This document shows, piece after piece, positions 58,035 through 64,000 of a DNA stretch of 64,000 bases. Position 1 is the first letter of the stretch, and every line of letters starts with the position of its first letter. The stretch is from an uncultured Methanoregulaceae archaeon (GTDB lineage: Archaea; Halobacteriota; Methanomicrobia; Methanomicrobiales; Methanospirillaceae): NCBI GenBank assembly GCA_963705255.1, contig OY970061.1, positions 1,088,001 to 1,152,000 on the forward strand, given 5' to 3'. A program made the translations under genes and the position numbers. Under the pieces are notes generated by a model. The model did no database searches and had not been told where the DNA came from. It was given only the letters and a program-made list of their open reading frames with translations.

Positions 58035-59480
58035 ATGAACAAAGGATTAAAATTAACGTATATCAGCCTTGCCGCTGTCATGTTCATTGTCATTGGCATT
58101 ATTGTTGCCGGTTGCATCTCAACAAATCAAGGAAATCCTACCCCCAACACACTAACCCCGGCAGAAGTCCGTGCCATCGCCAAAGAAGCATATATATACG
58201 GCTTCCCGATGGTGGACAGCTACCGCATCGAGTACTCCTATTTCGTGAATACCACAGACCCCACCCATCAGGCGCCGTGGAACCAGATCAGAAACCTGGC
58301 CCGCGTTTACACGCCGAATGACACGACTGTCCAGACTCCAAACTCGGATACACCTTACTCAATGCTTGGCATGGATTTGCGTACCGAACCCATCGTGCTC
58401 ACCGTGCCTCCGATGGATGATGGGCGTTATTTCAGCGTCCAGCTCATCGATGCCTACACCTTCAACTTTGCATATATCGGGAGCCGCACCACCGGCAATG
58501 ACGGCGGCAGCTTCATGATTGCCGGGCCAAACTGGCAAGGCCCGATTCCTCTAGGGGTGAAGCAGGTGATCCGCTCGGAGACCAATCTGGTACTCGCCGT
58601 CTACCGCACACAGCTCTATAACGCGAGCGATATTGATAATGTGAAGAAGATCCAAGCCGGTTATAAAGTACAGCCACTCTCGACGTTCCTCGGCTACCCG
58701 GCACCCACTGCTGCGCCGGCGATTAATTTTATCCAGCCGCTCACGCGCGATGCAGAGAAAACCGATCCAGAGTTTTTCAACGAGCTGAACTTTGTCCTGC
58801 AGTTCTGCCAGCCGACAAACCCGTCCGAGAAAGACCTTATGGCGAATTTCTCCAGAATCGGCGTCGGTGCTGGGAAGAACTTTGACTTTAACAACCTCTC
58901 GCCGGAAATGCAGACAGCTATCACGCAGGGAATGGCCGACGCTTGGGTCGAATTTGATCATTTTAAAACGACCGAGATCGATACGGGGAATCTTACTGCG
59001 GGCGACTTTTTTGGCACGCGGGAGTATCTGAATGGTAATTACCTCTACCGCATGGCCGGCGCTGTGCTCGGGATCTATGGGAATTCGAAAGAGGAAGCGT
59101 TGTATCCACTCTATAGTGTTGACTCTGACGGGCAGGCACTAACTGGGGTCAACAATTACACCCTCCGATTTGCGCCGGGTCAACTGCCGCCTGCCAACGC
59201 ATTCTGGTCGCTGACAATGTATGAGCTGCCGCAGAGCCTGCTGGTGGCTAATCCCATCAACCGCTACCTGATCAACTCGCCGATGTTGCCGCAGTTGAAA
59301 ACCGACGCCGACGGCGGGATCACGCTGTATATCCAGCACGAATCCCCCGGCGCGGACTTGGAATCGAACTGGCTGCCCGCCCCGAATGGGCCGTTCGTTA
59401 TGTCCATGCGCCTTTACTGGCCGAAACAAGAAGCGCTCAACGGTACGTGGAAACAGCCACCGCTGCAACGGATGTCATAG
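58035..59480 (+). CDS. DUF1254/DUF1214 lipoprotein
   Basis: Lipobox VAGC, AYIYGFP, PNSDTPYS, WSLTMY, NWLPAP.GPF...RLYWP. Confidence 0.92.
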   Translation: MNKGLKLTYISLAAVMFIVIGIIVAGCISTNQGNPTPNTLTPAEVRAIAKEAYIYGFPMVDSYRIEYSYFVNTTDPTHQAPWNQIRNLARVYTPNDTTVQTPNSDTPYSMLGMDLRTEPIVLTVPPMDDGRYFSVQLIDAYTFNFAYIGSRTTGNDGGSFMIAGPNWQGPIPLGVKQVIRSETNLVLAVYRTQLYNASDIDNVKKIQAGYKVQPLSTFLGYPAPTAAPAINFIQPLTRDAEKTDPEFFNELNFVLQFCQPTNPSEKDLMANFSRIGVGAGKNFDFNNLSPEMQTAITQGMADAWVEFDHFKTTEIDTGNLTAGDFFGTREYLNGNYLYRMAGAVLGIYGNSKEEALYPLYSVDSDGQALTGVNNYTLRFAPGQLPPANAFWSLTMYELPQSLLVANPINRYLINSPMLPQLKTDADGGITLYIQHESPGADLESNWLPAPNGPFVMSMRLYWPKQEALNGTWKQPPLQRMS

Positions 59481-59625
59481 GAGAAAAGAAAAATCGGCTC
59501 TGGAGAAACCCTACGTTCTCTAAAAGAAAAATAGTACCAGAAAGATCTAAGGTACGGCGTCTCCTGACCTCGTGGTGAGGGACACGTAAAATTGTGGATA
59601 TAATCGTTCCCCACCCTTCACCGCC

Positions 59626-61077
59626 TCACACGATCTTCCCCGTCTTCCGGATGAACAGACCTGCAATAAACATGCCGATGACCACTAGGGTCATCGCCAC
59701 GAACGCCCATTCCATCCCTTGGTTGACCGCTGCTTCGCTGATCCCGATTGACAACAGGGGCTGGCCGGGAGGGATGTGCAATGGTTGACCGGAAAGCAGC
59801 CCATGGATGAAACCAAGGGCCAGCACGATGCCGATAATTGCCGTCCCGAGAGAGCTTCCCAGCTGCCTGGTGGTGTTATAGATACCTGAGGCATCGGTCT
59901 GGCGCTCGCTCCGGATGGAGGAGAGGGTGAGGTTGGTCACCTGGGAAAGGACGATGCCAAGCCCGATCCCGAACAGGAGACTTCCGGGGAGGATGTCATG
60001 GATGGTGGTGGTGAGGGAAAAGACATCTCTGAGGGCTGCCAGTCCTGCTCCGGTGAGGGCAATGCCACCGAGAAGAACGTATTTTGGTTCGAACCACGAT
60101 GCGAGCCGGGCGCCGAGGATAGAGAACACAACGATGGCAAGGGACATGGGCAGAAGGGCGATGCCGGTTTCATACGCAGTTGCACCCAAGACGATCTCGT
60201 AGAACACAGGAAAGATGAAAATAAAGCCGGCGGTAATAAATTTCTGGCCGATGGCGACAACATTCCCGGCAAGAAAGGTGCGTTCAGGGACGATGGTAAC
60301 ATCCACGAGGATGCCTTTGCCCTTCCTGATCTGTCGCCGCTCCCAGAAGTAAAACCCGGAGAGAAGGACGATCCCTCCGGTGATGAGGAAGGGAACGATC
60401 ACCCATTCTGCCGGCTCTTTGACAAGGAGGAGCGCCAAAACCAGGGCAATGAGGCCGATAACCGAAAGGAGCGCCCCCCCGAGATCAAAGCTCTTCCAGA
60501 ATGCGGTCGGGCGGGTCTCCTTCAGCACATGGTGGAGGGCAAAGATGATGAGAAGGATGACCAGTTCGAGAGCAAAAGCCCACCGCCAGGAGTAGAAGGT
60601 GGTCAGGTATCCGCCGAAAATAAGGCCAAAGATGCTGGCCGCCGCGGCGATCCCGCCCCAGACACCAAAGGCAAATGCCCGATCTTTTCCCTCGTAGGTC
60701 CCGGTAATGAACGTGACCGTTGCCGGGAGCATCAGCACCGTGCCGATCCCTTCAAGTACCGACCAGCCCATAAGGAGCATATCTGCGTTCTGGCTGATTG
60801 CGGCCGTAAAAGTCCCGACGCCATACATCGCAGCACCGGCCAGAAACGTCCTCTTCCTCCCGATGAGGTCCTGGAGCTTTGCCCCGACCAGCATGAAGGC
60901 GGCCTTCACGAGGGTACAGGTGGTGATGATGGTCTGGATGGTTGAGGCACTGGTGTTCAGGTCATGCACCAGTGCGCTGATGGAAACTTCCATGGTCGTG
61001 GTGTCGATGACCATGATGAATACCGCCAGGCTGACGATGAAAAGGACACCCCAGGGAAAAGAGCGGTGCCGTTCCAT
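59626..61077 (-). CDS. MFS transporter (DHA2-like)
   Basis: IDTTTMEVSI, D.IGRKR, SWRWAF, RQLGSSLGTA. Confidence 0.9.
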   Translation of the reverse strand: MERHRSFPWGVLFIVSLAVFIMVIDTTTMEVSISALVHDLNTSASTIQTIITTCTLVKAAFMLVGAKLQDLIGRKRTFLAGAAMYGVGTFTAAISQNADMLLMGWSVLEGIGTVLMLPATVTFITGTYEGKDRAFAFGVWGGIAAAASIFGLIFGGYLTTFYSWRWAFALELVILLIIFALHHVLKETRPTAFWKSFDLGGALLSVIGLIALVLALLLVKEPAEWVIVPFLITGGIVLLSGFYFWERRQIRKGKGILVDVTIVPERTFLAGNVVAIGQKFITAGFIFIFPVFYEIVLGATAYETGIALLPMSLAIVVFSILGARLASWFEPKYVLLGGIALTGAGLAALRDVFSLTTTIHDILPGSLLFGIGLGIVLSQVTNLTLSSIRSERQTDASGIYNTTRQLGSSLGTAIIGIVLALGFIHGLLSGQPLHIPPGQPLLSIGISEAAVNQGMEWAFVAMTLVVIGMFIAGLFIRKTGKIV

Positions 61078-61214
61078 ATATTAGGATGAACAGGGCACCT
61101 GATATGAAGGTATCGAATTGGGGTCGCGAAGTGCTCCGTTACGATAAGGATTACCACAAACGATCTGAGGTGATCACTCAATACGAGGCACTATTATCCA
61201 TGGAGGACATGGCA

Positions 61215-61426
61215 GATCAAAGATTTGCTTGTTCCTGAAAATCTCCATCTTCATTGATACTTCTCACCGGATTATCACCATCGTGAAGATCTCCCGACAC
61301 CCGGTCCATGATATCCCCCACGCTGAAAAACTCCTGAAACAATGCCACAGAACCCGGAAGTCCGACCCCTATGTCATGGACAAAGGATACGATGCCGAAG
61401 AGATCCGCTGCCCGTTGAGGAGCTGA
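61215..61426 (+). mobile_element. IS5-family transposase remnant
   Basis: FLKISIFIDT...HPVHDIPHA..LL...YVMDKGYDAE; internal DDE fragment truncated on both sides. Confidence 0.7.
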
Positions 61427-61691
61427 ATAAAGGTCGGATAAAGATCAATTTGATGGTATAAAGCTCATGATTTCAGAAGGAGGGGCGTACCGGGGGGGAG
61501 TTAGATAGAGGGGGTAATTAGTACAAAGAGGGGGGGAAAGTGCACGTACAAAGAGCTTTACAAAGAGGTTTAAAATACCGTACTTTCAGGAGGTTTCCGG
61601 TCGGGTGCGAGTGTATATGCATAGGGGAAATATGCAGGAAAAGGACCTTTAAACTGCGGATGGCGCGCTGTTTAAAGCATCTCAGCTCCGG

Positions 61692-62110
61692 TCACAAATT
61701 AAGCGTTGTTTGTATATCCCTGCGTTTTTTGAAATGTGGGGGTGGTATACCATCTTCGATTCTATTTAATATATAAAATGTCAACCAACGGAACAACACT
61801 GCAGTTATTATCGGAATATTTCGAGCGATATTTTTTGATTTGGCCAGAATACTATTGAGTAACTGCCATAGATTGTAAAAACAAACTGAGAACAGGAAAT
61901 AGAATAATCTGATAATATAATTTTTTGACGTTGTTCTTGGTCGAAATTCACTTTCAACTCGGTAAGATGTCTCAATCCCCCATCTCTTTGAATACAACTT
62001 GCTTAATATTCTGGTCCGTAACCTGTCGAGATCCATATTGGTTAAGAAAGCTCGCTTCTCCTTCTCAACATCGAGAACCATAACGAGATTTGCGGTAACC
62101 GACTTGCAGT
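61692..62110 (-). mobile_element. ISH3/IS4-type transposase C-terminal remnant
   Basis: FLTN...LYSKRWGIETSYR..RPRTTSKN..IRLFYF...YNLW; AT-rich and 5'-truncated. Confidence 0.8.
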
Positions 62111-62192
62111 TATTCAAGCCCCTTATGGTAATTGGGATAATCTGGGGAGGATAAAGACCGCGCGGCAGACCAATTCACGTTGATCTCCCCCT

Positions 62193-63248
62193 CTATCCGG
62201 CTATCGTATCCCGGAAAACACCCCGTTCCCCGTCCCCGAGGTACTGCAGGTAGTGCCTGCGTACAGCGGCGGGGGACGAGTTTGCATAGCAGTAGGCGCA
62301 CAGGTGCATGCAGGTGGAATACTGTCCGATGTCCTTTGAAACAATACATCCGCAGCAGCTCCGCTGCCCCGGGTCCTTGAGGTACCGGGCCGGGAGGGCG
62401 GAACGGGAAGCAGCCGTGAGCGCCTGCTGCCCGCCGGGCTGCAGGAACTCCATGAGGGCCTGGTCACCGCCAAATTCCTTCGTCATCAGCCCGTAGCTGA
62501 TGCACTGCCCCGGCAGAATGCCGTACATAGAGAGGTCGCGGCACTCCCCGCAGGCCGTAATGGAAAGGCCCCAGCGCCGGTTGAGCGCCTCAAGCCCCCC
62601 GCAGAACTCCGTCACATCACCGGGCGTGAACTCGCGAAGACCGGAAAACCCCTGCACTTTCAGGTTCCGCTGCACTTTTGCATATTTTGCGATATCCACG
62701 AAACTGATGACAAGCCTCTCAGTATAGGGGTGAATCCGGTCCCCGATGCGCCGGATCTTTTCCAGCAGGTCACCGACCGTGATATTCTCCGAGAGGACGA
62801 GCGGGTCGAACCGCCAGACGACCCGCCCCCTGCCGATCCGCTCTGAGAGTTTTGTGAAAGTCGCGATGCGTTCGTCAACAGGCGGGACGCCGGGTTCGAG
62901 CCGTTCCGTATCGTAATCGTTCAGCGTGAAGAGGAAGTAATAGTTATAGCCCATCCGGTCGAGTTCAGAGAGATAAGGGAAGAACGGCGCCGGGTTTTTC
63001 GACCAGAAGACGATGACGCGGGCCTTCGCAAACGATACATAGACCGGGCTTCCCCCGAACGGGCTCTTCCATTTCACGTATCCCTTTCTCAGCCGGGCCA
63101 TGAACCAGTCGCCATAGAACGCCGGGATGTCGGTCGAGCGGCTGGCCGATATGATGACCGGGGCGATCGCCTCCACGCTGCGGGTTCCCGTCGGAGAGGA
63201 CGGATCGGGAATATCGAGCGGGATCTTCTCCCAGCCTTTCCACTTCAT
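62193..63248 (-). CDS. DUF1848 family protein
   Basis: IISASRSTDIPAFY, FWSKNP, WRFDP, CGC..SKDIGQY.TC.H.C.YCYA. Confidence 0.9.
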   Translation of the reverse strand: MKWKGWEKIPLDIPDPSSPTGTRSVEAIAPVIISASRSTDIPAFYGDWFMARLRKGYVKWKSPFGGSPVYVSFAKARVIVFWSKNPAPFFPYLSELDRMGYNYYFLFTLNDYDTERLEPGVPPVDERIATFTKLSERIGRGRVVWRFDPLVLSENITVGDLLEKIRRIGDRIHPYTERLVISFVDIAKYAKVQRNLKVQGFSGLREFTPGDVTEFCGGLEALNRRWGLSITACGECRDLSMYGILPGQCISYGLMTKEFGGDQALMEFLQPGGQQALTAASRSALPARYLKDPGQRSCCGCIVSKDIGQYSTCMHLCAYCYANSSPAAVRRHYLQYLGDGERGVFRDTIAG

Positions 63249-63773
63249 GGTTGTAAAGAGATCTCCGCTTCAGCGATTATTTGTTTGTGAAGGAGAATTA
63301 TTCCGGACGTTAGAAGATCTTCCAAATTCGTATAATTATTTGGATTGATAGAAGAGAAATCAAGGATAAAGGAGGGGACAGTGCCTGTCCCCCCTAACCG
63401 CCCCTGCGCTCGCTTAGGGATAGTGCCGTATTACCTTTTTAGGTAGTATCACAACCAAAAATGCATCAGTCGACGGAAATACGCATTTGGCCGAGCTCCT
63501 TAATAGGGCTTCAACGAAACATAACCGTCCGGGCGAACCTATTTCGTCTCTTTTTTTATTTGGTCTTGCTTCATTTTTAGGTACACCAACACCGCGAGAA
63601 CTACGAGCCCTACGATTGCGATAACAATTAAACCATAATCCGGATCAGCTGCATATACCGTGCATGTTGGTGGATTGACACATGAATAAGACGTTCTTCG
63701 CACTTCCCATATTCTCAATCTTATGGTGACATTGAATAAATTTACTTTAACATCTCAAATAAGAGGAAAACGA

Positions 63774-64000
63774 TCACTCGATATTCGCAATCGTCGCAAA
63801 ATCCTCCAGGTACAGCTCTTCCGGCAGGCTCCTGAGGATCTCGTCCGGCAATGCCTGGATCGCCCGCTCAACCCAAATGGGGGAGAGCATGCTGCCGGCC
63901 GATCCCTTCAGGCAGTTGCGCACCGTCTTGCGCCGGTGGGAGAAGAGTGCCCGCACGACATCTGCATACAGGCGTCGGTTGGCAATGTAAAAGATCGGGT
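63774..64000 (-). CDS. ksgA: 16S rRNA adenine dimethyltransferase, 3' end (partial)
   Basis: DVVRALFSHRRKTVRN...PEEL..EDF..IAN C-terminus; ksgA commonly precedes hemK in archaea. Confidence 0.8.
   Translation of the reverse strand, partial: PIFYIANRRLYADVVRALFSHRRKTVRNCLKGSAGSMLSPIWVERAIQALPDEILRSLPEELYLEDFATIANIE

Overview
This is an archaeal chromosomal window. Gene content (PsmA, Rpo12, eL15/eL43, SBDS, prefoldin beta, DGGGP synthase, HdrA-like, PKD/PEGA surface proteins) and GC-rich codon usage point to Methanomicrobiales, probably Methanoregula-like; this assignment is inference. Most of it is housekeeping: an rpl15e-rnp3-rnp2-psmA-SBDS-rpl37ae-rpo12-pcc1-pfdB superoperon without exosome core genes, leuA/cimA, moaC, nnr, a RecJ-like DHH gene, nac, trmI, ilvD, WbpA/B/E-like sugar genes, pyrBI, coaD, mtnA, trm1, a DRG GTPase, ccdA-thioredoxin-msrA, ABC/MFS transporters and four tRNAs (Asp, intron-containing Tyr, Arg, Glu). 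AT-rich foreign genes are interspersed (HEXXH peptidase, FRG protein, AbiTii-like protein), and a ~6 kb accessory patch with IS remnants lies between hemK and ksgA. The most unusual signals are non-coding. (1) A dispersed modular palindromic element occurs in three copies, with compensatory base changes, expandable stems and cGNAg triloops. (2) A 136-bp degenerate duplicate of the trmI 3' end brackets ilvD. (3) A 60-bp imperfect palindrome with a perfect 20-bp core lies next to a CARF-wHTH gene. About nine single-base frameshifts, one in the essential psmA, suggest consensus indel errors rather than pseudogenes.
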